A DNA stretch of 64,000 bases from an uncultured beta proteobacterium (GTDB lineage: Bacteria; Pseudomonadota; Gammaproteobacteria; Burkholderiales; Gallionellaceae). Every line of letters starts with the position of its first letter. Position 1 is the first letter of the stretch. Under the pieces are notes generated by a model that did no database searches, was not told the origin of the DNA, and saw only the letters and a program-made list of their open reading frames with translations. The stretch covers positions 14,458-78,457 of the forward strand of contig CAVRIW010000009.1 in assembly GCA_963721375.1 (NCBI GenBank), given 5' to 3'. Below, in pieces: positions 14,659 through 25,666 of this stretch. Position numbers and translations under genes: made by a program.

Positions 14659-15120
14659 TTAGTTTGTGCTGTCCGCTTTGTTGAAAAGGAATTTTCCAAC
14701 CAACTCCTCCAACACCACTGCCGATTGCGTCTTCTTGAACTCCTCACCCCCCTGCAACATCTGGGTATCGCCGCCCGCCATCAGGCCGATGTACTGCTCG
14801 CCCAACAAACCCGAAGTCAGGATATTGGCGAAGGTATCTTTGGGAAACTGGTAACGCTTGTCGATGCTCATCGTCACCTTGGCTTCATAACGCTCGGTGT
14901 CCAGCGTGATGCCGGTCACCCGCCCCACCAGCACCCCCGCGCTCCTGACCGACGCATCCGGCTTGAGTCCGCCGACATTAAGGAAGTGCGCCTGCAATGT
15001 GTAGGTCTCCGACACGTTGTAGGTACTCAGGTTGCCCACCTTCAACGCCAGCACAACCAAGGCGGCGATACCCGCCACCACGAAAGCGCCCACCCACAAA
15101 TCCAATGTAGTCCGTTCCAT
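14659..15120 (-). CDS. mlaD: MCE-domain protein MlaD
   Basis: DLWVGAFV, NVGGLK, ILTSGLLGEQYI. Confidence 0.95.
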   Translation of the reverse strand: MERTTLDLWVGAFVVAGIAALVVLALKVGNLSTYNVSETYTLQAHFLNVGGLKPDASVRSAGVLVGRVTGITLDTERYEAKVTMSIDKRYQFPKDTFANILTSGLLGEQYIGLMAGGDTQMLQGGEEFKKTQSAVVLEELVGKFLFNKADSTN

Positions 15121-15123
15121 AAC

Positions 15124-15912
15124 TCAAGCTCCACTAAACATGAATGCGGTCAAAATAAAGTCCAGCATCAAAATCGCCAGCGACGATTGCACCACCGTGC
15201 GTGTCGTCGCGCCGGACACGCCCTCCGCCGTGGGCGGTGCATCGAACCCCTCGAACAACGCGATGGCGGTGACCGCCACGCCAAACACGAAACTCTTGAT
15301 CACCCCGTTCAATATATCGTGCTGAAAGTCCACCGTGCTCTGCATCTGCGACCAGAAAGAACCCTCGTCCACGCCGATGATCACCACGCCGACCACATAG
15401 CCGCCGAACACGCCCATGGCCGAGAACATCGCGGCCAGCAAGGGCATGGAGATGACACCCGCCCAGAAACGCGGCGCGACCACGCGCGATATGGAATTCA
15501 CTGCCATCATTTCCATGGCATCGATCTGCTCCGTGGTCTTCATCAAACCGATCTCGGCCGTCATCGCCGAACCGGCGCGGCTGGCGAACAGCAGCGCCGC
15601 CAGCACCGGCCCCAGTTCGCGCACCAGACTCAGCGCAACCAGCGAACCCAGCGCCGACTCCGAGCCGTAACGTTTCAGCGTCTCATATCCCTGCAAACCG
15701 AGCACCATGCCGACGAACATGCCCGACACCAGAATGATGATGAGCGACAGTACGCCGCTGGAGAAAATCTCCCTAACGGTCAGCTGAAAGCGCCTGAAGC
15801 TCGCGCCGGAATAGAACAGCGTCATCGCGAGAAAGCGCGTGGCGTAACCGATACGCCATACCGTCTTGATGCTGCGATGCCCAATGGCCCTGAGTGTTTT
15901 GGCGATAGGCAT
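15124..15912 (-). CDS. mlaE: ABC permease MlaE
   Basis: LVRELGPVLAALLFASRAGSAMTAEIGLMKTTEQ. Confidence 0.95.
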   Translation of the reverse strand: MPIAKTLRAIGHRSIKTVWRIGYATRFLAMTLFYSGASFRRFQLTVREIFSSGVLSLIIILVSGMFVGMVLGLQGYETLKRYGSESALGSLVALSLVRELGPVLAALLFASRAGSAMTAEIGLMKTTEQIDAMEMMAVNSISRVVAPRFWAGVISMPLLAAMFSAMGVFGGYVVGVVIIGVDEGSFWSQMQSTVDFQHDILNGVIKSFVFGVAVTAIALFEGFDAPPTAEGVSGATTRTVVQSSLAILMLDFILTAFMFSGA

Positions 15913-16718
15913 CAGGCATGCACTCCCAAATCCTGCGCATAACTATTGGTGCCCGGATAGTGGAACGGCACCGGCCCGTCCATCTCGCCATGCACGAACT
16001 GGTGCACAAACGGTTTATCGGACGCACGTATCTCTTCCGGCGTCCCTTCAGCCACGATCACGCCGTCGGCGATGAAATAGATGTAGTCCACGATCTTCAG
16101 CGACTCCTGCACATCGTGAGTCACCACCACCGAGGTCGCCCCCAGTGCATCGTTCAGCTTGCGGATCAACTGCCCCACAACGGTGAGCGAGATGGGATCG
16201 AGACCGGCAAAGGGTTCATCGTACAGGATCAGCATCGGGTCGAGCGCTACGGTGCGCGCCAGCGCCACGCGTCGCGCCATGCCGCCTGACAGCTCCGCTG
16301 GCATCAGGTTGTGCGTACCGCGCAGGCCCACCGCATGCAGCTTCATCATCACCAGGTCGTGGATGATCTCTTCCGGCAGGTCGGTATGTTCGCGCATCTG
16401 GAACGCCACGTTGTCATACACCGACATATCGGTGAACAGCGCGCCGAACTGGAACAGCACACCCATCTTGCGGCGCATCGCATACAAACCACGCTTATCC
16501 AGCTCATGTATGACCTGTCCATCGATCCTGACTTCGCCTTTAGTCGGCTTGAGCGCCCCGCCGATCAAACGGAACAAAGTCGTCTTGCCGCAGCCGCTGC
16601 CGCCCATCACCGCGATCACTTTGCCCTTGCCAAAGGACATATTGATGCCGTTCAGAATGGGGCGTTGGCCATACGCAAAGTTGACATCCCGTATCTCTAC
16701 CAGCGATTGTGAAGACAC
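15912..16718 (-). CDS. mlaF: ABC ATPase MlaF
   Basis: GGSGCGKT, LSGGMARRVALAR, YDEPFAGLDP; start at GTG 16718 inferred. Confidence 0.95.
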   Translation of the reverse strand: MSSQSLVEIRDVNFAYGQRPILNGINMSFGKGKVIAVMGGSGCGKTTLFRLIGGALKPTKGEVRIDGQVIHELDKRGLYAMRRKMGVLFQFGALFTDMSVYDNVAFQMREHTDLPEEIIHDLVMMKLHAVGLRGTHNLMPAELSGGMARRVALARTVALDPMLILYDEPFAGLDPISLTVVGQLIRKLNDALGATSVVVTHDVQESLKIVDYIYFIADGVIVAEGTPEEIRASDKPFVHQFVHGEMDGPVPFHYPGTNSYAQDLGVHA

Positions 16719-16858
16719 AAATAACCTTTTGCCTGATTGCGAGGTGCGCATTCTAGCATCACACCCAGCCGAGTTCGCAGTGCCATCAACTTGAGCTTGT
16801 CGCCATTACTGGCTATCCTGCATGCGTCCTTCACCGTCAGCCATCGCGTGCATATATC

Positions 16859-18284
16859 TTGAACAAAGAACTTCGCCCAAGCTTACTCATCGTGGATGAC
16901 GACCCGCTCATCCGCGACTCACTGCATCTGATACTGTCCGACGAATTCGACATCCTGTTGGCGCAAGACCGCGAACAGGCCATCCGTCTGGTACGCGACC
17001 TGCCCGCCCCGCCGCAACTGGCCCTGGTGGATCTGGGTCTGCCGCCCACCCCGCATCGCCCGCAGGAAGGCTTCCGGCTCATCACCGAATTGCTGGCGCA
17101 CTCGCGGCAGATCAAGATCATCACCCTGTCCGGCCAGAGCGAAGAAGGCAATGCCCGGCATGCACGCACCCTGGGCGCTTTCGAATTCGTGGCCAAACCG
17201 TGCAAACCGGAGAGCATCCGCGCCGAACTGCGGGCGGCGCTGATCGCCCTGCACAGCGAGCAACGCGCCGCCGCCCAAAGCCAGGCCCAACTCGGCATCG
17301 TCGGCGACAGCCAACCCATTCAGGCGCTGCGCAGCCAGATCAAGATGTATGCGAACACCCCCTTCCCGGTGCTGATCCAGGGCGAATCGGGCTGCGGCAA
17401 AGAGTTGGTGGCCGCCGCATTGCAGCAACTGAGCAACGACCCCGGCTCTCCCTTTATCGCGCTCAACTGCGCGGCGATTGCGCCCAGCCTGCTTGAGTCA
17501 ACGCTGTTCGGCCATGCCAAAGGCGCTTTCACCGGCGCGACCGCCGCGCAGATCGGCTTCTTCGAAAAAGCCGAGAAAGGCACGTTGCTCCTCGACGAGG
17601 TGGGCGATCTACCGCAGGAACTGCAAGCCAAATTGCTGCGCGTATTGGAGAACGGCGAATACCAACGCGTCGGCGAAACCGCCACCCGCAAAAGCAGCGC
17701 GCGCATCATCGCCGCCACCAACCTTGATCTGGCGCAGGCGGTACGCCATGGCAGCTTCCGCGCCGACCTGTTCCATCGCCTGAGCGTGTTCACCATCAAT
17801 GTGCCGCCCTTGCGCCTGCTGGGGCATGACAAGCTGCTGCTGTTGGAACACTTCCGCGATTTTTATGCGAAACAGATGCAGCGCCCGCCCTTCTCGCTGG
17901 ATGCTGCGGCCAACGCTGCCTGGCAAAACTATCCCTTCCCCGGCAACACGCGCGAGCTGCGCAACATCGTCATCCGCCTGATCACCAAGCATCCGGGAGA
18001 CGGAGATCGGCGTCTCGCAACTGGAGATCGAATTCGATCCGCAACCTCCCTCATCGAATGGACAACCCCCGGAATTACTGAGCGACGCGCGACACGTGTT
18101 GCAGCAAGGCAGCTTCAATCTGGACGACATGCTGATGGGCTACACTCAAACCTACATCGATGCCGCGATGGAACTGGCTCAGGGCAACGTGAGCGAGGCC
18201 GCCAAATTGCTGGGCATCGCGCGCACCACCTTATATAGCCGCATGGAAGCCGTGCAAAAACACAAAGTGCAACAAACCAAATAA
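16859..18284 (+). CDS. Sigma54-dependent response regulator (REC-AAA-Fis HTH), frameshift ~18000
   Basis: LIVDDD receiver; GESGCGKE; GAFTGA; FPGNTREL; GNVSEAAKLLGIARTTLY in second frame. Confidence 0.92.
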
Positions 18285-18296
18285 AGGGGAAAACTG

Positions 18297-19712
18297 ATGT
18301 ATCTGGAGCACTTCGGCCTCAACGAACCGCCATTCAAAGTCACACCAGTTACCGATTTCTTCTTTTCCGGCGCCAACCGTGGCGAGATACTCGACGCTCT
18401 GGTGTATGCCATCACCGACGGTGAAGGCATCGTCAAGGTCAGCGGCGAGGTCGGCAGCGGCAAGACCATGTTGTGCCGCATGCTGCTGGACAAACTGCCC
18501 ACCAACCTCAAAGCCATCTACCTCGCCAACCCCAGCCTGTCGCGCGACGAATTGCTGTATGCCATCGCCGACCGCCTCGGCCTCGACCTGGAAGGGCAAC
18601 GCGTCAACGTCATCCTGCAGAATCTGCAAAACGACCTGGAAGCGAAATATGCGCGCGGCGAACGTTGCGTGGTGCTGGTGGACGAAGCGCACGCCATGCC
18701 GCTGGAAACCCTGGAAGAGCTGCGCCTGCTGTACAACCTGCAAGTCGGCAAACACAAGCTGCTGCAGATCGTCCTGTTCGGACAGCCCGAGCTGGACGAG
18801 AAATTGGCGCAAACCAACATGCGCCAGTTGAAGGACCGCATCGTGCACCACTTCACCATCCTGCCCCTGTCGCAAAAGATCATCCACACTTACCTGATGT
18901 TCCGCATGCGCGCAGCCGGCTACAAAGGCCCCGACAACTTCTCGCCCGCCGCAGAAAAAATGATCGGCAATGCCTCGCAGGGCTTGATGCGCCGCGTCAA
19001 CATCCTCGCCGACAAATCGCTGCTCGCCGCCTTTGTCGAGAACACCCACGCCATCGAAGCGCGTCACGTACGCGCGGCGATCCGTGACAGCGAAATGATC
19101 CCCATGCGCCAATGGTTCAGCCGGAAAAACGTCGGGGTAGCGGGCAGCCTGGCCTTGTTTGCCGCCATGCTGCTGGGAGCGGGATGGTTCATCGGACGCG
19201 AGCAGAACGGGCAATTGAATACCGGAAAGGCCGCCGCCATTGCGGTCTCGCCGGCACCTTCCGGCACGATGCCGACCATGACAACCACCGTGGCAGCGCC
19301 CGGCGCAGCCGCCGCCCCATCGTCCGGCAATCCGCCACCCGATAAGGGAGCCTTCGCCCAGGCATTGGCCAACGCACCCAAACATAGCCTGCTGAAACAA
19401 CGGCTGGATGCAGCGCGCGACATGTTGAATTCGGCTCCCAAAGGCAGTGCCAGCATCCAGCTGTACTACACCGAGAACACCCAACCGGAACGCATGGAAG
19501 GATTCCTGCAACGGGCCAAGAAACTGGGGAAGCTGAATGAGATTTACATCCTGCCCATCAAGCTCCAGGGACGCGATGCGTACCGCACGTTGTACGGCAT
19601 CTACGCCAACAGCAATGCGGCAGGCACCGGGATGTCCGAACTGCCCCAACGCTACCAGGAAGCTTTCGCCCCCACCCTGTATCTGCTGGATGACGCACGC
19701 AGCGCGCCCTAA
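18297..19712 (+). CDS. ExeA/MshM-family AAA ATPase with TM and C-terminal periplasmic (SPOR-like) domain
   Basis: MYLEHFGLNEPPF, GEVGSGKT, VLVDEAH, LFGQPEL. Confidence 0.9.
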   Translation: MYLEHFGLNEPPFKVTPVTDFFFSGANRGEILDALVYAITDGEGIVKVSGEVGSGKTMLCRMLLDKLPTNLKAIYLANPSLSRDELLYAIADRLGLDLEGQRVNVILQNLQNDLEAKYARGERCVVLVDEAHAMPLETLEELRLLYNLQVGKHKLLQIVLFGQPELDEKLAQTNMRQLKDRIVHHFTILPLSQKIIHTYLMFRMRAAGYKGPDNFSPAAEKMIGNASQGLMRRVNILADKSLLAAFVENTHAIEARHVRAAIRDSEMIPMRQWFSRKNVGVAGSLALFAAMLLGAGWFIGREQNGQLNTGKAAAIAVSPAPSGTMPTMTTTVAAPGAAAAPSSGNPPPDKGAFAQALANAPKHSLLKQRLDAARDMLNSAPKGSASIQLYYTENTQPERMEGFLQRAKKLGKLNEIYILPIKLQGRDAYRTLYGIYANSNAAGTGMSELPQRYQEAFAPTLYLLDDARSAP

Positions 19713-19747
19713 CTTTCTGAAACCAAAAACATATAGGTCCAGCGGTG

Positions 19748-19778
19748 TATTGCCTGAGCCGGCAATATAGTGTTACCT
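19748..19778 (+). promoter_or_regulatory. Putative sigma70 promoter with overlapping inverted repeat, upstream of secretin
   Basis: TTGCCT...TGTTACCT; TATTGCC-N6-GGCAATA palindrome at 19748-19767. Confidence 0.4.
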
Positions 19779-19807
19779 TGCGCTGAAGCGTAATAAGGAA
19801 TAAGGAA

Positions 19808-21622
19808 ATGAGGCAAAATCAGGCACTGCTATTATTCAGTTGCGTCTTGCTTGCTGCCTGCGGCACGAAAGCCATCAAGCCATCCGACAAGCACATCCAG
19901 CAGACTCCGGACGCAGCCCTCCACGACAGCAGCAACATCCCGCAGGCCAGCATGCATTCTGTCATCCTGCCGCCGCCAAAACCGGTCACCAAAGTCGAAA
20001 CGTACAGCGTCGTTTTCAGCAGCGGCGTTGCCGTCAGGGATGTGCTGTTTACCCTGGCGCGCGAAGCCAAGGTCAACATCGACCTCAAGGACAGCTTCGA
20101 CCCCTCGATGGGACAGCCCATCACGCTGAACGCCATCAACCAGACGCTGCCCCAAATCCTGGAGCGCATCGCCAAACAGTCGGACATCCGTTACGAGTTC
20201 GACGCTAGCGGCAATTTGCTGGTGATGCCGGACAAGGCTTTCCTCAAGACTTACAAGATCGATTTCATCAACATGTCGCGCTCGGTGAAAAGCTCTGTTT
20301 TCACTTCCAGCCAAATAGGCGGGGCAGCCGGAGCTACCACAGGTACGGCAGGCGGCAATACCGCCTCAACCACAGTCACCAGCGAAACCAAAAATGATCT
20401 GATGGCAAGCCTGATCGAGAACATCAAAGCCATCATCGTCGATGAAGACCGGATCAGATATACGGAAAGAGTCGAGCTCCAGAACCAGAATGCCGCCGCT
20501 GCCAGAGGGACGGGTAGCGCGGCTGCGAGCAGCGGCATTTCATCCGGCAGTGGCAAGGGTCAATCCAGCAAAACCGGCGGTAGTATCTCCGGCACTGGCA
20601 ATGAAGACATTACCAGCCAAAGTTCGACGGCAATGCAGATCGGCAAATATGAACCTGCCGTGAATATCAATGCCAACAAGGAAACCGGAGTGTTGATCGT
20701 TCGCGCCACAGGACGCCAGCACAAGAAGATCCAGGAGTTCATCGACAAGGTCATGACCACGGCACGCCGCCAGGTGCTGATCGAGGCGACCATCGCCGAA
20801 GTCACGCTGAACAGCAACTACCAGCAAGGGATCGATTGGTCGCGCCTGCGCGCCGCCGGTACCACCAAGGGCTTTCAGTTGACCCAGGCAGGATCGGCGG
20901 GGCTGGTCTCTGCCAGTACCGGCCAAATGCTGCTCCTTAACTATGCCAACCCGACCAGCGTATTGGGGAGTCTGAGCGCCAGCGTCTCTCTGCTCGACTC
21001 GTTCGGCGATGTGAAAGTCCTTTCCAGCCCCAAACTGAGTGTGATGAACAACCAGACCGCCACCCTCAAGGTGGTGGATAACAAGGTCTATTTCACCATA
21101 ACGGTCACGCCCGGCACCACCACCGGCACCACCATTACGCAAGCCACCTATACCACCACAGCCGTTCCGGTCGCGGTCGGTTTCACCATGAACGTCACGC
21201 CGGAGATCAATGATTCCGACTATGTGACCATCAACGTGCGCCCGACCATCACGCGCATCATCGGCTATGTGAACGACCCCAACCCGGCACTGGTTGGCAT
21301 TGTGAACAGGGTTCCAGAATTGCGGACACGTGAAATGGAATCCATCATTCGCGTGAACAGCGGACAGATCGCCGTGCTGGGCGGCTTGATGCAGGACGAG
21401 ATCAGCAACCTGTCTGACGGCATCCCGCTGCTGGATAACATCCCGTTCGCTGGCAACGCCTTCAAGAACCGCAACGACACCAAGACCAAGACCGAGCTGG
21501 TGATCTTCCTGCGCCCGGTGGTCATCAAGGATGCCAGCATCAACGGCGATTACAGCGAGTTCCGCAACAATCTGCCGAACGAGAATTTCCTGAAACCGGA
21601 AGAGGAAAAGGCCACGCCATGA
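19808..21622 (+). CDS. Lipoprotein secretin, MshL/GspD family
   Basis: LAAC lipobox; RQVLIEATIAEV; VLSSPKLSVMNNQTA; KTELVIFLRP. Confidence 0.92.
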   Translation: MRQNQALLLFSCVLLAACGTKAIKPSDKHIQQTPDAALHDSSNIPQASMHSVILPPPKPVTKVETYSVVFSSGVAVRDVLFTLAREAKVNIDLKDSFDPSMGQPITLNAINQTLPQILERIAKQSDIRYEFDASGNLLVMPDKAFLKTYKIDFINMSRSVKSSVFTSSQIGGAAGATTGTAGGNTASTTVTSETKNDLMASLIENIKAIIVDEDRIRYTERVELQNQNAAAARGTGSAAASSGISSGSGKGQSSKTGGSISGTGNEDITSQSSTAMQIGKYEPAVNINANKETGVLIVRATGRQHKKIQEFIDKVMTTARRQVLIEATIAEVTLNSNYQQGIDWSRLRAAGTTKGFQLTQAGSAGLVSASTGQMLLLNYANPTSVLGSLSASVSLLDSFGDVKVLSSPKLSVMNNQTATLKVVDNKVYFTITVTPGTTTGTTITQATYTTTAVPVAVGFTMNVTPEINDSDYVTINVRPTITRIIGYVNDPNPALVGIVNRVPELRTREMESIIRVNSGQIAVLGGLMQDEISNLSDGIPLLDNIPFAGNAFKNRNDTKTKTELVIFLRPVVIKDASINGDYSEFRNNLPNENFLKPEEEKATP

Positions 21623-22737
21623 GCCTGCTACTCGACGCCATGAAGAAAGCGGGAGACCGCAGCACCGGTCTGTCCGGCACCTCGCCGGACGAACAGTCCG
21701 CAGCAGCGCAACCCAATGCCGCCTCTTCCGAAGCGAACAAGGCCAGCGCCTCCCGCGCTGCCGGAGAAACTCTGTTCGCCGCCAAGAAAAAGAAAGCCGC
21801 GCCGCGTTTTCACTGGGACCTCGGCTTGGTTCCCACTACATTTTTGATATGCAGCGTCCTGGGTGCCGGCTACGGCTACTACGTGTGGCGCGAACTCAAT
21901 CCCCCGGTGCAACGCGCAGTGCAGCGTCCGGTGACTCCGCCGCCGACCGCTCCCATAGCAAGAACACCCGCGCTGCCGCCACTGGTTGCCTCCATCGCGC
22001 CGGAACCCGCGCCTGAAACGATGCCGCCGAAACCGGAAGCCGCACCTGAAAAAATGCCCAAGCCATTCTTCAGCGTGGCCAAGCCCCGCCCCAGGAGCGC
22101 CGCCAAACCGCGTGCTCCCAGCCCTCCCGCCGGCATGTCCATCGAACTCAATCAAGCCTCGGACAGCATCACGCCCGTGCTGCTCGGTGCCTACCAGGCT
22201 TACCAGCGCGGCGACTATGCCAGCGCTGCACAGGGTTACCACGAAGTGTTGAACAAGGATGCCCGCAACCGCGATGCCATGCTCGGCCTGGCGGCGATCG
22301 CACAGCAACAGGAACAGGATGAAATCGCGCAGTATTACTACCGTCAGGTGTTGCTGCTCGATCCGCGCGACGCGTTCGCGCAGGGCGCGCTGTCTGCCTA
22401 CAGCACCAGCACGGGGGCGGACAATGAAAGCCAGCTCAAGCAAATGATCTCGGAACAGCCGCGCTCCAGTGCTTTGCATTACGCGCTGGGCAATGTCTAT
22501 GCCGGGCAATCGCGCTGGGCTGATGCGCAACAGGCGTATTTCAATGCGCGCATGCTGGAGCCGTCCAACGCGCAGTTCACCTACAATCTCGCGGTCAGCC
22601 TCGATCATCTGGGGCAACGCAAATCTGCCGCCCTGCATTACCGACAAGCCCTGCAACTTGATACCAACAACAATGCCGGTTTCGATCATGCACAAGCGCA
22701 ACAACGGCTGAATGAATTGACCGCACCCGGCCACTGA
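21619..22737 (+). CDS. Membrane-anchored TPR protein (MshN-like)
   Basis: MSLLLDAMKKA start, TM, Pro-rich linker, TPRs (YNLAVSLDHLGQ). Confidence 0.8.
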   Translation: MSLLLDAMKKAGDRSTGLSGTSPDEQSAAAQPNAASSEANKASASRAAGETLFAAKKKKAAPRFHWDLGLVPTTFLICSVLGAGYGYYVWRELNPPVQRAVQRPVTPPPTAPIARTPALPPLVASIAPEPAPETMPPKPEAAPEKMPKPFFSVAKPRPRSAAKPRAPSPPAGMSIELNQASDSITPVLLGAYQAYQRGDYASAAQGYHEVLNKDARNRDAMLGLAAIAQQQEQDEIAQYYYRQVLLLDPRDAFAQGALSAYSTSTGADNESQLKQMISEQPRSSALHYALGNVYAGQSRWADAQQAYFNARMLEPSNAQFTYNLAVSLDHLGQRKSAALHYRQALQLDTNNNAGFDHAQAQQRLNELTAPGH

Positions 22738-22745
22738 GGACGAAC

Positions 22746-24452
22746 ATGTCAGTGCCGCAACAACAGCTCCAGCAGCCTATCGGGCAATTACTCATCGCCA
22801 AGGGTGTCATCAGCGAAGACCAGCTGCGCATCGCCACCCAGGAGCAGAGCAAAACGCCGCAGCCCCTCGGCCGCCTGCTGGTGCGCCTGGGCTTCCTGTC
22901 CGAAGCCACCATCCGCGACGTGCTCTCGGAAAATCTCGGGCAGGAAAGCGTCGATCTTTCCAATGTGATCGTCGATTCCGCGGCAGTCCTGATGATCCCC
23001 AAGGAGATCGCGCGGCGTTACCTGCTGGTGCCGCTTTCGGTCGATCACACCAATAAGAATCTCACGCTGGCCATCGCCGATCCGGACAACATCATCGCGC
23101 TCGACCAGGTGCGCGCCCTGTTGCGCGACGAATACCGGCTGATCACGCTAGTCGCCAGCGAATCCGACATCCTGCGCGCCATCGACCAGTATTACGGTTT
23201 CGAGCTGTCCATCGACGGCATCCTGCACGAGATCGAGCCGGGCGAGCTGGAACATCAGGGACTGCAACAAGGGGTCAACGAATTCAGCCAGCCGGTGGTG
23301 CGCCTGATCGATGCGCTGCTCACCGAGGCGGTGCAGCAAGGTGCGTCCGACATCCACTTCGAACCGGAAAACAGCTTCCTGCGCATCCGCTACCGCGTGG
23401 ATGGCGTGCTGCGCCAGGTGCGCAGTTTGCACAAGAGCTTCTGGCCGGCGATGGTGGTGCGCCTGAAAGTGATGAGCGGCATGAACATCGCCGAGACCCG
23501 CGCACCGCAGGACGGACGCATCTCGTTGCGCCTGTCCGGCCGCCCCATCGATTTCCGTGTCGCCTCGCATCCCACGCAATACGGCGAGAACCTGGTGCTG
23601 CGTATCCTGGACCGGCAGAAAGGCATCGTACCCATCAACCAGATCGGTCTCGACGAGGCCGCGCTTTCCATCCTGCTGACCATCATCGCCAAGCCGGAAG
23701 GCATCGTGCTGGTGACCGGCCCCACCGGCAGCGGCAAGACCACCACGCTGTATTCGGTGCTGAACCACGTCAACACCGAGTCGGTCAACATCATGACTTT
23801 GGAAGACCCGGTGGAATATCCCATTCCGCTGATCCGCCAAAGCTCGGTGAACGAAGCGGCGAAACTGGATTTCGCCAGCGGTATCCGCTCCCTGATGCGG
23901 CAGGACCCGGACATCATCCTGGTCGGCGAGATCCGCGACCATCCCACGGCGGAGATGGCGTTCCGCGCCGCCATGACAGGCCACCAGGTCTATTCGACGC
24001 TGCACACCAACTCGTCCGTCGGCGCCATACCGCGCCTGCTGGACATCGGCATCCTGCCGGACATTCTGGCCGGCAACATCATCGGCATCCTGGCGCAGCG
24101 CCTGATCCGCATCCTGTGCAACCACTGCAAATATCCGTATCAGGCGGATGCCAGTGAACGCAAGCTGCTCGGCGTGCATCACAACGAAGAGCTGACGCTG
24201 TACCGCGCCGCCGGCTGCGACATGTGCCGCCATCAGGGTTACAACGGACGCCAGGCCATCATGGAGATCCTCAAGATGGACTCCGACCTGGATGACCTCG
24301 TGGCACGCCGCGCCAGCATCCGCGACATCAAACAAGCCGCACTGGAACGCGGCTTCCGTCCGCTGGCGCAAGACGGCATCCGCCGCATCCTGCAAGGGGT
24401 GACCTCGATCGCCGAAGTCTCGCGCGTGGTCGACCTGACCGACCGCCGTTAG
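22746..24452 (+). CDS. GspE/PilB/MshE assembly ATPase
   Basis: ASDIHFEP, GPTGSGKTTTLY, TLEDPVE, RQDPDIILVGEIRD, TLHTN, CxxC pairs. Confidence 0.95.
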   Translation: MSVPQQQLQQPIGQLLIAKGVISEDQLRIATQEQSKTPQPLGRLLVRLGFLSEATIRDVLSENLGQESVDLSNVIVDSAAVLMIPKEIARRYLLVPLSVDHTNKNLTLAIADPDNIIALDQVRALLRDEYRLITLVASESDILRAIDQYYGFELSIDGILHEIEPGELEHQGLQQGVNEFSQPVVRLIDALLTEAVQQGASDIHFEPENSFLRIRYRVDGVLRQVRSLHKSFWPAMVVRLKVMSGMNIAETRAPQDGRISLRLSGRPIDFRVASHPTQYGENLVLRILDRQKGIVPINQIGLDEAALSILLTIIAKPEGIVLVTGPTGSGKTTTLYSVLNHVNTESVNIMTLEDPVEYPIPLIRQSSVNEAAKLDFASGIRSLMRQDPDIILVGEIRDHPTAEMAFRAAMTGHQVYSTLHTNSSVGAIPRLLDIGILPDILAGNIIGILAQRLIRILCNHCKYPYQADASERKLLGVHHNEELTLYRAAGCDMCRHQGYNGRQAIMEILKMDSDLDDLVARRASIRDIKQAALERGFRPLAQDGIRRILQGVTSIAEVSRVVDLTDRR

Positions 24453-24463
24453 GCCACCCCGCC

Positions 24464-25666
24464 ATGGCGCTCTATTCCTACAAGGCGATCGACAGCAAGG
24501 GCAAGACTGCCAAAGGCTTGCAGGATGCCGCCAACCTGATCGACCTTGAGATGCGCCTGAAGCGCGGCGGACTCGACCTGATCCATGCCAGGGAACAAGA
24601 GAACAAAGCCACCTTCGGCGGCGGCAAGATCAAGCGCGTCGACCTCATCACCTTCTTCTTCAATCTGGAACAGCTCACCCGCGCCGGCGTGCCGTTGCTG
24701 GAATGCCTGGGCGACCTGCGCGACACCATGGAGGAAGCGGCTTTCCGCGAGATCATCGCCAGCATGGTCGAATCCATCGAGAACGGCAACAAACTGTCGC
24801 AGGCCATGGCGGAACATCCCAATGCCTTCGACAAGATCACCACCAACCTGACCAAGGCGGGCGAAGACAGCGGACGCCTGGTCGATGTGTTCAAGCACCT
24901 GACCGATTCGCTCAAATGGCAGGACGAGATGACCTCGCAGACCAAGACCATGATGATCTACCCGGCCTTCGTCGGCGTGATCGTGCTGGCCATCACTTTT
25001 TTCCTGATGATCTATCTGGTACCGCAACTGGTCGGCTTCATCAAGGGCATGGGACAGGAGCTTCCTATCCAGACGCGCATGCTGCTGGCGACCTCATCCT
25101 TCTTCGTCAACTACTGGTACGTGATGCTGCTCGCGCCGTTCGTACTGTTCGGCGGCTACCGCGCCGCCATTGTCAGCAACCCCAAGCTGCAATACCACGT
25201 GGACAACCTCAAACTGAACATCTGGCCGACCGGCCCCATCCTGCGCAAGATCATCCTGGCGCGCTTCGCCAACACCTTTGCCATGATGTACAGTTCAGGC
25301 ATCACCATTCTGGATTGCATCGCCAACTCGCGCGACCTGGTGGATAACCAGGTCATCGCGCAAAGCCTGCAAAACGTGATGAAAGAGATCGAATCCGGCA
25401 AGAACCTGACGCAGAGTTTCCAGCAGACCGGCATCTTCCCGCCGCTGGTGGTGCGCATGCTCAAAGTGGGCGAGGCCACCGGACAGCTCGACCAGGCGCT
25501 GCTCAACGTCAGCTACTTTTACGACCGTGACGTAAAGGATTCGATCAAGCAGATCCAGGTCCTGATCGAACCCACCATGACCATCGTCCTTGGCATCATG
25601 CTCGGCTGGGTGATGCTGTCCGTGTTGTCGCCGATCTACGACATCATCAGCAAGGTGCAGATGTAA
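24464..25666 (+). CDS. GspF/PilC/MshG inner-membrane platform protein
   Basis: AGVPLLECL, AGEDSGRL, IYPAFV, VGEATGQLD, IEPTM. Confidence 0.95.
   Translation: MALYSYKAIDSKGKTAKGLQDAANLIDLEMRLKRGGLDLIHAREQENKATFGGGKIKRVDLITFFFNLEQLTRAGVPLLECLGDLRDTMEEAAFREIIASMVESIENGNKLSQAMAEHPNAFDKITTNLTKAGEDSGRLVDVFKHLTDSLKWQDEMTSQTKTMMIYPAFVGVIVLAITFFLMIYLVPQLVGFIKGMGQELPIQTRMLLATSSFFVNYWYVMLLAPFVLFGGYRAAIVSNPKLQYHVDNLKLNIWPTGPILRKIILARFANTFAMMYSSGITILDCIANSRDLVDNQVIAQSLQNVMKEIESGKNLTQSFQQTGIFPPLVVRMLKVGEATGQLDQALLNVSYFYDRDVKDSIKQIQVLIEPTMTIVLGIMLGWVMLSVLSPIYDIISKVQM

Noticed and set aside
16752-19807. Sigma54 -24/-12 promoter for the pilus cluster
   Set aside because: No correctly spaced TGGCAC-N5-TTGC found by eye in the intergenic gaps.
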